Below, piece by piece: positions 49,740 through 58,970 of a stretch of DNA of 58,970 nt (positions are counted from its first letter, which is position 1; every line of letters starts with the position of its first letter). The notes below the pieces were generated by a model. It saw only the letters and a program-made list of their open reading frames with translations. It searched no databases and was not told where the DNA came from. Source of the stretch: a virus (lineage: Duplodnaviria > Caudoviricetes). The DNA lies in the IMG/VR virus record IMGVR_UViG_3300037882_000913, positions 1-58,970 of that record. One strand, 5' to 3'. The position numbers and the translations under genes were made by a program.

Positions 49740-50511
49740 TGGTTACAGCATTCTTTCTGAGAAAGAAATTCTTCCAGAAGAAAAATTTGAGCAAACTCTA
49801 AGCGTATGCTCAAACGTCTATCTCGCGCCTTGGAGAAGTCTGTTAAAATGTGGCAAACTTCACCTTATCAAAATCCCCCCAAACTGCTCCGCGACCATTC
49901 TAAAATGGGAGTGGGAAATTGACAGTATAAGTTCTTTGATACAGAAATCCTCTATTTCTCAAATTTTCTGTACTAGCACCGGAAGGAGATGTCCGCTCAG
50001 AACATTCCTATACCCCGATTATGTGGCTCCAGATATAGTGGATGAGTCGCCGAAATCTGGGGTTGTTTTCATGGGGTGGAGAAATAATGAGCTGCGCTCT
50101 CGTATATTCCAAGATTATTCGTCCGTGTTCAGTGTAACTTTAAGAGACTCTTACGCTTCCAATGAATCTAATGCAAATCATAGACTTGAATATACTAACT
50201 CGTTGGCTCGGGCTAGCGTGTGTCTGTGCCCCAAGGGGGCGGGTTCTGGAACTCGCAGATTTTGGGAAAGTATGGCGGCAGGAGCCGTTCCGCTGTTGGT
50301 TTCTGACCAGATGCTCCTTCCGAAAATATGGGACTGGGACTCCACAATCATTCGTGTCAGTGAGGCGCGAGCCATGTATTCCAAAGATTCTCTATTTAAC
50401 GCCACCATCACATCAAGTTTGGAAAAAAAACGGGATATGTGTCGAAAGTCCCACCAGTTTTTCTCCAACCCAACAAACGTTTCTAGTTATATAAACAATG
50501 TCATTAGTTAG
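49726..50511 (+). CDS. Exostosin-like (GT47) glycosyltransferase
   Basis: FMGW...LR, Y..SLARASVCLCPKGAGSGTRRFWESMAAGAVPLLVSD...LP...DWD. Confidence 0.85.
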   Translation: MLYSNGYSILSEKEILPEEKFEQTLSVCSNVYLAPWRSLLKCGKLHLIKIPPNCSATILKWEWEIDSISSLIQKSSISQIFCTSTGRRCPLRTFLYPDYVAPDIVDESPKSGVVFMGWRNNELRSRIFQDYSSVFSVTLRDSYASNESNANHRLEYTNSLARASVCLCPKGAGSGTRRFWESMAAGAVPLLVSDQMLLPKIWDWDSTIIRVSEARAMYSKDSLFNATITSSLEKKRDMCRKSHQFFSNPTNVSSYINNVIS

Positions 50512-53500
50512 TTCGTTTAAGATAGAGATACAGGATTTGGGAGATACCTCTGGCGAAGCCCACTTAATGTGGGTCCGAACACAGGGAGGGACTGACGGCA
50601 AAATTATCTCGTCTGTGGCTCCTAAACACAAAACTCAGGCAAACAAAGCTCCTGTTCCTATTATCGGACGAGGCATTGGACCCTCCATTGGTCTAAGTAT
50701 GTTTGACCCGACACTAACGGCACAAGGTCGCGGGCCTAGCGGATATTTTTACGATAAAATTAACAATTCTTGGGGGTCAGATTCAGACGCATCTTTAATA
50801 TCTAGTGAAGGATATGCTCCGTCCGATGCTTCGGAAGCGGCGTTCGCTCAAAATATTTACGAGGGAGTTCATTTGTTCACCGCAAGCCTGCAAGGGGCCA
50901 GTTTCCCAGCAGGAAGTCGCCGAGGAAGACTGGACGTTATAAGACCAACTGGCACCGGGTTTTGGACCAGAAGTATCGTAGCTAGTGGCTCGTCAGGAGC
51001 TTGGCTCAGCTACGATATGTCGGGGGAAGCCGAAAAGAACATTTTCGCTTATTCTTTTGAAATTATCGCGGAATTAAGCGGAACCGGGGCTCAAAGCCCT
51101 TTAACGGGGCAAGATTATAAAGTATCAGAACTCCTATATCTGAATCCGACTTCTTATGAAGGTGCTTGCAGCGACGTGTCATTAATTCTTTCCGTAACTG
51201 GAGAGACGTGTTCGTATTCACCAAGATTTTTAGAAGAAATAGCGAAAACAAAATTTATATGTGTTCCTAACTCTCTCCAAACCGACGCTCAGATTTCCGG
51301 CTTTATTGAGAGCGGACTTGCTGCCGTGGCGTCTAGCTTGTCTGGGGCTGGAAATAAAGCTAAACAGCCCAACTCTTCCGCAATCGTCTCAAACTCCGAA
51401 TCTTTTTCGTATTCTCTATATGAGGGTCTGCTAGCGTTTAACAGTCCTTATAGTGGCGACTCTATCAGTTTCTATCCGTATGCTTACGACTATACGGGAC
51501 TTTACCAACAAGAGTTCGGGATAGACCCTCCGTTCCCCGCTCATACTACTACGTTTGTTTATCCTAACGATTATTCTGACGTAGACGGCTTAGTTTCTGC
51601 AATAAACACCCACCTGTCGGGTAGTGGTCAATTTTTGTGGGACAAAGACGCTCTAAGCTCACTTCCATGTTCCTCGAACCAAATGACCGGGGGGCTGTTC
51701 GAGAGTGGGAACCTTCTAAAAGCGACCAAAAGCGGGAACTCTCATATTTTAATCCAGTCAACGCGGGCGGGAGACATCGGACGCTACCAGATTTCGTTTC
51801 TAGAGGCTCCTCGACCATCTGGAGCAAGCAAGAGTAATAAAAAGAAGTTAATGCTTCCAAATTCTGTATATCTGGAAGGCTCTGTGGACAACCTATCTTG
51901 GTCCGAAATGGGAAGGTTGAATCCTAACTGGTCGCAAGCTCGCTCCATGTTTGTCGATTTAACGGATTACACCTTAAATGTCATCACTGGCTCTAGAGAA
52001 GTTTTAAGAGTTAATCCTCCAGACCCTTCTGGCGCTCAAAATTCGGGATTATCACCGAAGCTTCCTATTTATTCAGGGACCGTCGAATCTCCAACAAAAT
52101 GCAATGAAATATTAAGCAGAGACGTTGAGTTCTATCGAGTAGAGCGACCGTTTCTATGCTCCCCTCCCGAGGAAGAAGAATCTAGCAATTCGGCGGACCA
52201 AGGATATTTTATCGTCTCAGGTCTGGGCGGAAGTGGGATTACGACCGCCACTCCCGCGAACGCACTGGTTTATAAAACAGGGGCAAAATACTCAACAACC
52301 GGAAACTATAACTATTACAGAATTCGTTTTGATAATTTGGTGGCAAATCAGCAGGGCGAACTCTCCGATGTGTCTGACATCATGTACGTTTCTCGGGTGT
52401 CATTTTTCGGAGTTAGGAGCGGTGCTCACGAATTAACTGGTAGCACTTGTATTTTGGGAGCGGATTACTCTGGGCAAGTAATGGGTTATACTACGGGCAT
52501 AATCACAGGAAGTATTACTGGCGAAGCGAATCTTTCTGGACAGCTTAATTTGGATAGGTATGTCGTCACTGGAACTCCTAGTGGAACTGTGACTTTTCAG
52601 TATTCGCAAGGCGTGCCTGTCGGAACCTTTACAGGACTCGTTTCTGCGGCCAAAGCTGGCACAGGATTCTATTCGGACGAGGTTCAGGGATACTACTACA
52701 ACAGTGGAAATGACAGCGTATATTTTCAAGCTCCGGTTTCTGGGGTTATTTCTGGTTCGGGGAATATGACCGGGGGAGCCTATTTAGTAATCAATGACTC
52801 TTTTATAGAATCTGCGACCCCAAACTATCAAGAGATTTCAGGCACTCTATCAGGTTCGTTTACAGGAGTAATTCCCGATTTCTCGTATAGTTCCTCCGAC
52901 ATTCCTAGTTTTATTACATACGAGGGGTTCGTTACTGGGGTTGTGGGGAGTGGCGATTTGGGATATTTTGACGCATCCGTCAACATTTCCATTATTCCTA
53001 CCGGGACCGTTTATTCCATCTCGCTCAGCGGAACGCGAGAAGCGTCCGCTTCAATTCTTTTTGGGGTTCCCGCTTCTGGAGACACTGTGTTCGTGAACGA
53101 AATACCATTCACTTTCTCAAGCGAACTGGGAGACTCCTATTTTGACTCGAAGAGTTCGCTAGCGGCAAAAGTTAGTTCTAACGAGTCAACCGACTCAACA
53201 GGTATTGAGTCTGGCAGTTACGTGTTTCTTCGCTCTACCCGATTAGGCTCCCTCGGAAACAGTATTCCGCTATCTTACTCGGGTGGAGGAGGGATGACCG
53301 GACCTTCGTATTTTACAGGAGGTGAGGACGTTCGCTACCCACTGTCCGCCAGCCAACCTTTCACGGGACGGCTCGACTCTGGAATATACGCAGTTGAATA
53401 TATAACCACGGGTGGAAGCGGTTTCCTAACTGGAGAAATTAAGCAGTTAGATTTCGTTCGTCATTTTTCTGGGGTGTGGGATATTATATCTGGGGCGACT

Positions 53501-53716
53501 AGTTTTAGAGATTCGGCGAAATACTCGTTTGGACGCTACATTAACTCTGGATTTGAGACTTTATCTTTTTATTCTGGACGCCCTGACCACATCCCTCTAA
53601 CGATTACGTATAGTAATTCTCCGTATGTGCCTACAATAGATTTAGTGAAACTCACGGTCACGGGCTATGATTCGCTTACCGGATTATCTGTTGTTATTTC
53701 TGGAAAAGTTTTATGA
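50498..53716 (+). CDS. SG/TG-rich tail protein with discoidin-like motifs
   Basis: PNSVYLEGSVDNLSW and YNYYRIRF. Confidence 0.65.
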   Translation: MSLVSSFKIEIQDLGDTSGEAHLMWVRTQGGTDGKIISSVAPKHKTQANKAPVPIIGRGIGPSIGLSMFDPTLTAQGRGPSGYFYDKINNSWGSDSDASLISSEGYAPSDASEAAFAQNIYEGVHLFTASLQGASFPAGSRRGRLDVIRPTGTGFWTRSIVASGSSGAWLSYDMSGEAEKNIFAYSFEIIAELSGTGAQSPLTGQDYKVSELLYLNPTSYEGACSDVSLILSVTGETCSYSPRFLEEIAKTKFICVPNSLQTDAQISGFIESGLAAVASSLSGAGNKAKQPNSSAIVSNSESFSYSLYEGLLAFNSPYSGDSISFYPYAYDYTGLYQQEFGIDPPFPAHTTTFVYPNDYSDVDGLVSAINTHLSGSGQFLWDKDALSSLPCSSNQMTGGLFESGNLLKATKSGNSHILIQSTRAGDIGRYQISFLEAPRPSGASKSNKKKLMLPNSVYLEGSVDNLSWSEMGRLNPNWSQARSMFVDLTDYTLNVITGSREVLRVNPPDPSGAQNSGLSPKLPIYSGTVESPTKCNEILSRDVEFYRVERPFLCSPPEEEESSNSADQGYFIVSGLGGSGITTATPANALVYKTGAKYSTTGNYNYYRIRFDNLVANQQGELSDVSDIMYVSRVSFFGVRSGAHELTGSTCILGADYSGQVMGYTTGIITGSITGEANLSGQLNLDRYVVTGTPSGTVTFQYSQGVPVGTFTGLVSAAKAGTGFYSDEVQGYYYNSGNDSVYFQAPVSGVISGSGNMTGGAYLVINDSFIESATPNYQEISGTLSGSFTGVIPDFSYSSSDIPSFITYEGFVTGVVGSGDLGYFDASVNISIIPTGTVYSISLSGTREASASILFGVPASGDTVFVNEIPFTFSSELGDSYFDSKSSLAAKVSSNESTDSTGIESGSYVFLRSTRLGSLGNSIPLSYSGGGGMTGPSYFTGGEDVRYPLSASQPFTGRLDSGIYAVEYITTGGSGFLTGEIKQLDFVRHFSGVWDIISGATSFRDSAKYSFGRYINSGFETLSFYSGRPDHIPLTITYSNSPYVPTIDLVKLTVTGYDSLTGLSVVISGKVL

Positions 53717-54609
53717 TAAAATCTCGGCCAATTCCCCAAAATCCATCTACTGAACTAATTCTGTCCAAAGAAAAAAGTCAGATTTCTCATTCGTTTAAGA
53801 TTTCCATCACATCTTTAGATAACGCTTCCAAAGAATGCTCAGTTTCAGTAGAATCGAACTCTTTCATCGTGAAATCCCAGAGTATTCTTGACCGCGTGGA
53901 TGTTTTGGGTAAGAATTTAGAATTAAAACTCCCATATAAACATAAAATTTGGTTAGAAGTTCTTTTCGATGCTAACCGGATTCCTGTTTTGGGGCTTATC
54001 AAAACCGGCATTAAATGGGACGCTACAGTTAAGTCTTCATCTGGAGATTCTCAAAAAATCTATCCGAATTGTGAGGAATTCATTTCTCGTTCCGATATTA
54101 CTGATAAAACAGTAGAAGTGGACCGCCTTATTTCGTATATAGACACCCTTAAGGAGTCGAGCGATAAAGAGCTAGATTTTCAGGTAGAGAGCGGATTGAT
54201 AACAAAACAGCAATACGACGATGCTGTAAAATTATCAAATCCTACTTTTGAAAAATACAAGACGATTTTAAAAGAATACAAAGCGTCAATGTCTAAGTTT
54301 TTTGTGTCGTCTCCGTCTCAATCTTGGAAGAAACTATTTAGATTATACTATTTAATTGGATACACCACGAAAGATTTAAAAGGAGCGTTCGGGTCTAGAG
54401 CGTATTTTTCCAATGAGGGTTCGTCTTCCTCCCCGCAAGTCGCGCAAACATCAAAAACAAATGATTACAAAATCGTTCAGTGCGCGAATTCTGATTTAAT
54501 ATTGCAAGACTCTTGGTATAACAGCACTTATCCAAGTAAGATTTTAGTTCCATATTCTCGCGCCGTCCATCCGTTTTTCGACGGGCAAAATATGGAGGAA
54601 CCGAAGTAA
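53713..54609 (+). CDS. Hypothetical protein
   Basis: 298-aa ORF coupled to its neighbours. Confidence 0.7.
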   Translation: MIKSRPIPQNPSTELILSKEKSQISHSFKISITSLDNASKECSVSVESNSFIVKSQSILDRVDVLGKNLELKLPYKHKIWLEVLFDANRIPVLGLIKTGIKWDATVKSSSGDSQKIYPNCEEFISRSDITDKTVEVDRLISYIDTLKESSDKELDFQVESGLITKQQYDDAVKLSNPTFEKYKTILKEYKASMSKFFVSSPSQSWKKLFRLYYLIGYTTKDLKGAFGSRAYFSNEGSSSSPQVAQTSKTNDYKIVQCANSDLILQDSWYNSTYPSKILVPYSRAVHPFFDGQNMEEPK

Positions 54610-55355
54610 TGTTCGCGAATCACCCTGTTGTCAAAATCGCTGCGCCAAGCGCGGATTATCCCATTGGACTCTCTTTGGAAAAGTTCCTTTACTTTTTTTC
54701 TCGCGTTGAGTCTTTCGACGTGTCTTTATCGTCATTTGTAGAGCCTTTGTCCACCACGTCCCCGTCAAATATTATTGAAATTATTAATACTATAAGTTCT
54801 AATACCGGGGCTTCCTATTTATCCGGGTCAGGCTTTACAACGAGAGTATCTTTTGACGGCTCTGCCAATGTCATCTCAGAATATCCCAGATTTTCTTTTT
54901 CATTTGGTGGATGCTCTATTGTTATTGACTTCGGGCTATCTATTACTTATTTTGGTTTATTTTATCCTTGGGTGAAAATTGAATTTTCAAACGGTGTGTC
55001 AAGCGTTCCTGCTGGACGCACAGTGGGGGCTGTTTCTATTATGGGCGGGTCCGTCCCTCTATATTCCTCCGACGCAATAAGTCAAATCTCCGCTTTCGGA
55101 GAGGTGAAAGACGGAGCATCTTTTGATTTAATAAAACTAAAAAGTTCCAGCAAGGCTTCTGCGATTTTTTCTGGAGGGTCTGGTTTTAGTCGTTACATAA
55201 AAGCTTCTCTAGGAGGATTAAAATGCGAACCGTCTTTTCGTGGAGATTCGCTTGTAGTAAGTCTTCATCCAGATAGCAAAAGCGGCTATATACGCTTTGA
55301 ATCAGATTCTCCTCATAGCAGTTTTATGTCGCTAGACAGGATTATTCTTTCTTAG
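54609..55355 (+). CDS. Hypothetical Ser-rich protein; last gene of the rightward block
   Basis: 248-aa ORF with TAATG coupling. Confidence 0.65.
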   Translation: MFANHPVVKIAAPSADYPIGLSLEKFLYFFSRVESFDVSLSSFVEPLSTTSPSNIIEIINTISSNTGASYLSGSGFTTRVSFDGSANVISEYPRFSFSFGGCSIVIDFGLSITYFGLFYPWVKIEFSNGVSSVPAGRTVGAVSIMGGSVPLYSSDAISQISAFGEVKDGASFDLIKLKSSSKASAIFSGGSGFSRYIKASLGGLKCEPSFRGDSLVVSLHPDSKSGYIRFESDSPHSSFMSLDRIILS

Positions 55356-56127
55356 CCGCTTTTTTCTTTTCGATTCCCTCTTTGATATGGGCGATAATCT
55401 TAAAGATGTTCTCGCTGTTTACGTCTGCGAGAGTTTTCCACTCGGACGCTCCAACTGCAAATAGTTCACCCTTCGTTTCCAATACGGCCATCCGGTTCTG
55501 AAACTTATCAAAGCTAACGTCGTTCTTTTCTAGGGTGGAAGAAAGCATGTCGCGAATACCCGAATCGGCGTCTGGAGTCGATGTCGCAGACTCCGAGGTA
55601 ACTCCCGTGTCCCGTCCAATTTCATCTTGCCCGCAAATATTAATGCCAAGTGAATTTCTTACCGCACGAACAAATCCTCGATTCTCAGCAGTCGCAGAGA
55701 GATAGACTCTAGCAAATGAGCTTGTATTGTGATGGGTGGCGTCGGCTAGAGCCTCAAATGTAACTGACCTCCCATCGGTTTCATAATTAGGAATCCACCC
55801 GATTGTAGTTTTGACTCCAACGGCATTCTCGCTATGGAATGTGACTTCGTGATAGACCGAATCATACCCGCGCAGTGCTGCGATGTATTTAATACCACCC
55901 AATAGAATTAGCAGGTCTTTATCTTCCAATCCTTCAATTGAGGTTGGTAAGGCGCGATTCTTGAAGTTCTGTTTGTTTACTACAAGAAACTCTTTGGGGA
56001 CCATAGCCCGCCAATCGACACGTCCATCTGGAGTTAGTTTGTGCTCGATGCTCTCGATGAGTCCGCTAGCGCTTCGCTTCCACGATTGTTGGGGTTTTGC
56101 TTCTTGTGTTTCAGTTTGTTCAGGCAT
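55342..56127 (-). CDS. Rad52/Sak-like single-strand annealing protein candidate
   Basis: ADAT...ATAENRGFVRAVRNSLGINICGQDEI; ATG at 56127 preferred. Confidence 0.55.
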   Translation of the reverse strand: MPEQTETQEAKPQQSWKRSASGLIESIEHKLTPDGRVDWRAMVPKEFLVVNKQNFKNRALPTSIEGLEDKDLLILLGGIKYIAALRGYDSVYHEVTFHSENAVGVKTTIGWIPNYETDGRSVTFEALADATHHNTSSFARVYLSATAENRGFVRAVRNSLGINICGQDEIGRDTGVTSESATSTPDADSGIRDMLSSTLEKNDVSFDKFQNRMAVLETKGELFAVGASEWKTLADVNSENIFKIIAHIKEGIEKKKAAKKE

Positions 56128-57265
56128 AAATGTAATATAGTTCTTTATCGCGCCAAAATTCGGGCGAATCAATTACGATACTCTCCGTTTTATCAAATCC
56201 GTCAACTGGTTTATCTTCCAAAACGTGCGCGTGCGAGAGATAGATTTTGCTATTGGAGAGTATTTTTCTGTTGGTCCTAAACTTTGTGCCAATAGGACAC
56301 TCCACTCGCTCTGGTGTCGGGTATGGAGCAATCACAGCAATATCAAAGTAATCAAGCTTAATGGGATTCAGCCGCTCGTTTGGCAAGTTTGAGAATAGTC
56401 GGAAAGGAACTTGCTCCCGCATCATGTCCTGTGCAAATTTCGGACTATGATTTTCGTCAATTTCGTATGCAATAAAATCAATATTGGAGCGGAGAGACTT
56501 TAGGATATTTACATCCAGCGGCGCTTTTGTTGATACTGAACATTTGCGAAGGGCCAACTGGTCGTAAACCGCCCGCTCTACGCCACCCTTATCAAATCGA
56601 ATATTCAAAACTTGACCGGGAATTGACTCTGGGCGTAAAATGACATTTGGGATGATTTCCAAAACGTGTAATGGATAGCCGACGCCCGCATGGAGTGTTT
56701 TGAATGCAACTTGACGCATCTTCAATAGTTCAAACGCCGCTTGAACTACTTCCTCTGGTTTAATCTTATTAATGGCGGCTGGGCTCTCATTTGGATTATA
56801 GCTAGGAGTATAATCTTTTGGGGTAAGATATTTTTGCAAGTAAGGATTCCCGAAGTATGCTTTGGAAACTTCTGGGGGACTGATACTGTATAGTGCGACA
56901 AAAGGCACGTTAAAGTGGCCCGCTACGTGAACGGCGCTCGTATCCCCACAAACAACGAGCGCGGCATTTTTAATTACGTCAAAGTATTGTAGCGTAGTTG
57001 TTTTGCCGCAAATGTCGTGGTTTGCTCCGATTCGTTCGTCCTTCTCGCCGCCCGCTTGAACGAGAACGTATCCCGCTGCATTTAAGGCGGGTTTCAACCA
57101 GTCACAAACAATTCGCCAGAACTGATAGTTCTTAGCGGGCGCTCCGGTGCTAGTAATAATTACAACGTATTTTTGAGTGAATGGCATTGGAAACGAGTGA
57201 GTTTCAATTTCCATTGGGGCGATTCGGAGGCGCGTTGCGGCGCTATAGGCTTCTACAAGGTGCAT
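56120..57265 (-). CDS. GT9 (heptosyltransferase-like) C-terminal domain protein
   Basis: AKNYQFW, DICGKTT, VCGDTSAVHVAGHFNVPFVALY. Confidence 0.8.
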   Translation of the reverse strand: MHLVEAYSAATRLRIAPMEIETHSFPMPFTQKYVVIITSTGAPAKNYQFWRIVCDWLKPALNAAGYVLVQAGGEKDERIGANHDICGKTTTLQYFDVIKNAALVVCGDTSAVHVAGHFNVPFVALYSISPPEVSKAYFGNPYLQKYLTPKDYTPSYNPNESPAAINKIKPEEVVQAAFELLKMRQVAFKTLHAGVGYPLHVLEIIPNVILRPESIPGQVLNIRFDKGGVERAVYDQLALRKCSVSTKAPLDVNILKSLRSNIDFIAYEIDENHSPKFAQDMMREQVPFRLFSNLPNERLNPIKLDYFDIAVIAPYPTPERVECPIGTKFRTNRKILSNSKIYLSHAHVLEDKPVDGFDKTESIVIDSPEFWRDKELYYIYA

Positions 57266-57450
57266 TCTTTATTATTTTTAACGTCGTCTAGCTCTCTCTG
57301 CAATCTAAAGGCTTCCTCGCACCATTTTCTAATGTGTTCGCGGTTGTATCCGATAGCTCCCACGATTTCAGCGTAGGAAGCATACTGAGCCAACTCCATT
57401 CCTGCGTTGGCTATCTTTTCTAGTAGTTCAATCTCTTGTTCGGTTCGCAT
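57253..57450 (-). CDS. Hypothetical protein
   Basis: 65 aa; coupled to both neighbours. Confidence 0.6.
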   Translation of the reverse strand: MRTEQEIELLEKIANAGMELAQYASYAEIVGAIGYNREHIRKWCEEAFRLQRELDDVKNNKECTL

Positions 57451-58970
57451 TAGTATAAATAGTCAATTTTGCTTCTGTCGTTTCCATTATGCGCGTAATT
57501 CAACAAACGCTGAGTCATCCCATGAGCGAGCAAAACAATATCAAAGTATTTCTTAGCGCCCGCTGACCCTTCTAGCGCGTATGCAGAATCTAGTTCTGGA
57601 GCGTAGGGAATCACATAGTCAATTAGCCGTCCAATTAGGGGAGTGAAAACATCCATGAATTGAGGTTTTGTAGCAACGTAAATTCGCTTATCTGGGTATA
57701 GTTCGCGGGCATCCTTTAGTAAGCATGTTACATACAAGCAGTCACCCAAGCTCTCTGGAATAGTAATTAGCAGCCGCTCGTTGGGACTTTCGGGACCAAG
57801 TAGTGAGTCTAGCGTAATACTTTTCGTCATTTCGTCAGACGCAACCTTGCGGAAATAGTCTTCTACGTTTTGTCTTGGTGCATTATTCCCTAGTTGAGCC
57901 AACCAATACTTAACTCCCTCGTCGTCGTCCGCAGTATCGCGGCCCAATATTTCTTTATAGAGACTTAGAATCCATTCTTTATTATCAGAAACGCTCTCTA
58001 CTTTTGCTCTTGGATTGCTCTGCCTCGCTGTAGCCTTGGGCTTGTATTCGTAGCTCGAAACTGGCAAAGAATCCAATAAAGCTTCCATTTTCGCCCCAAT
58101 AACTTTAATAGAGTAGTTATCTAAGGCCCATTGGCGGGCCGCTGTTCCCCATTCTCGCCGCTTTTCCTGTGTCCATGAGTGGAACTCTTCAAGTCGTGCT
58201 ACGATTGATTGGGGGCTCGTAGTTGCTTTGATAAATTGAGTTCCATCCTCGCGATAGGTAGCAAACTCCAAAGGAAGGGAATGAGCTTCTGGAACACAGC
58301 AGTCTTCACCACATGAATAATTTGTAACTAGGGTTACTAGTTCCGCGAGCTTCGCCTCTTGAATGCCTCTCTCCTGACCTCCACTCGTGAACGCATGAAT
58401 ATAGCAGTCAAGAACATTATACCAGTCGTTTACTTGTCCCTCGGTTAATCCGTTGGAGACGTTAGCTGTAATAAGAGACTTTTGAGCGCCGTTGCGGGGG
58501 TTATTCGCGTCCTGCCCAATATAAGGCATGATAAGATAGTCGCCAGTGGCGCGACACTTGTAGGTGCATAGCACTTCGGATTCATTGACACCAAACTCTT
58601 TGCAGCGAGCGGGGATGTCCCAACCTTCTCCGTAGTGTGTGTAGAAAAGCAAGCGCGTAACTTGCTCTGGATGTTTCTTCTTATAGAGCGCGTAAGCTTC
58701 AATGATATTAGGGAAGCTTTTACGAAGTTGATTGCGAGATAGCATTCCAAAGCAATAGGCGTCTTCTGGAATGTTGTTCTGGCGTCGAATTTCTTTGCGG
58801 CGCTCATCGCTTAGGCGTCTAAAAACTGTTGAGTTTACGCAACCATGTAACGTCTTAACGTGCGCGGCCCCTTGCGCGTTCATTGCCTTGGTAGCGAAGT
58901 CTGCCCACGAGTAGAAATAAGGAGTCTTAGCGGCGACCTCAAAAGCGACTGGTAAGATTGGCATTGAGTC
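57450..58970 (-). CDS. Multidomain glycosyltransferase (GT4-like, helical linker, GT9 N-terminal-like); 5' end probably outside the window
   Basis: SRNQLRKS, WYNVLDCY..FTSGGQERGIQEAKLAE; LYKEILGR..DDEGVKYW; IPESLGDCLYVT. Confidence 0.85.
   Translation of the reverse strand, partial: DSMPILPVAFEVAAKTPYFYSWADFATKAMNAQGAAHVKTLHGCVNSTVFRRLSDERRKEIRRQNNIPEDAYCFGMLSRNQLRKSFPNIIEAYALYKKKHPEQVTRLLFYTHYGEGWDIPARCKEFGVNESEVLCTYKCRATGDYLIMPYIGQDANNPRNGAQKSLITANVSNGLTEGQVNDWYNVLDCYIHAFTSGGQERGIQEAKLAELVTLVTNYSCGEDCCVPEAHSLPLEFATYREDGTQFIKATTSPQSIVARLEEFHSWTQEKRREWGTAARQWALDNYSIKVIGAKMEALLDSLPVSSYEYKPKATARQSNPRAKVESVSDNKEWILSLYKEILGRDTADDDEGVKYWLAQLGNNAPRQNVEDYFRKVASDEMTKSITLDSLLGPESPNERLLITIPESLGDCLYVTCLLKDARELYPDKRIYVATKPQFMDVFTPLIGRLIDYVIPYAPELDSAYALEGSAGAKKYFDIVLLAHGMTQRLLNYAHNGNDRSKIDYLY

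Larger units (their letters stand above)
1..58970. mobile_element. Segment of a large tailed bacteriophage genome (virion morphogenesis region plus flanks)
   Basis: Terminase, portal, protease, capsid, tail tube and tape measure in canonical order; dense overlapping genes; no cellular housekeeping genes or integrase seen. Confidence 0.95.

Noticed and set aside
1-58970. Stop-codon reassignment, tRNA genes, introns/inteins, tail sheath, DGR or retron reverse transcriptase
   Set aside because: Genes are intact in the standard code with all three stops used; no cloverleaf, intein, sheath or RT motifs recognised by eye

Overview
The whole window reads as part of a large tailed dsDNA phage genome (Caudoviricetes, standard genetic code), most likely a long non-contractile-tailed phage of a Gram-negative host. 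I recognise a tail tube and a 2532-aa tape measure but no sheath gene. 1-3 kb: a terminus-like region with an 18-bp tandem repeat, helically phased TGAGA boxes, two early-type genes and a leftward run of small accessory genes separated by a shared 15-16-bp repeat. 3-55.3 kb: a rightward late/morphogenesis region with PhoH, a phage sigma factor, terminase, ERCC4 nuclease, portal, a lysis cassette, protease with nested scaffold, capsid, fibres, neck, tail tube, tape measure and tail-tip proteins with an embedded exostosin-like glycosyltransferase. 55.3-59 kb: a leftward operon with a Rad52/Sak-like annealing protein and glycosyltransferases. Main candidates for new biology: (1) the tape measure carries several enzyme-like cargo domains separated by a repeated AGG-type linker; (2) a possible virion glycosylation system, based on Ser-Gly/Thr-Gly-saturated surface proteins plus several glycosyltransferases; (3) a GTGTA late-promoter regulon with a Cys-insert sigma factor; (4) phased and repeated non-coding elements at the left end. 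All product calls come from motif recognition by eye. No database search was run.
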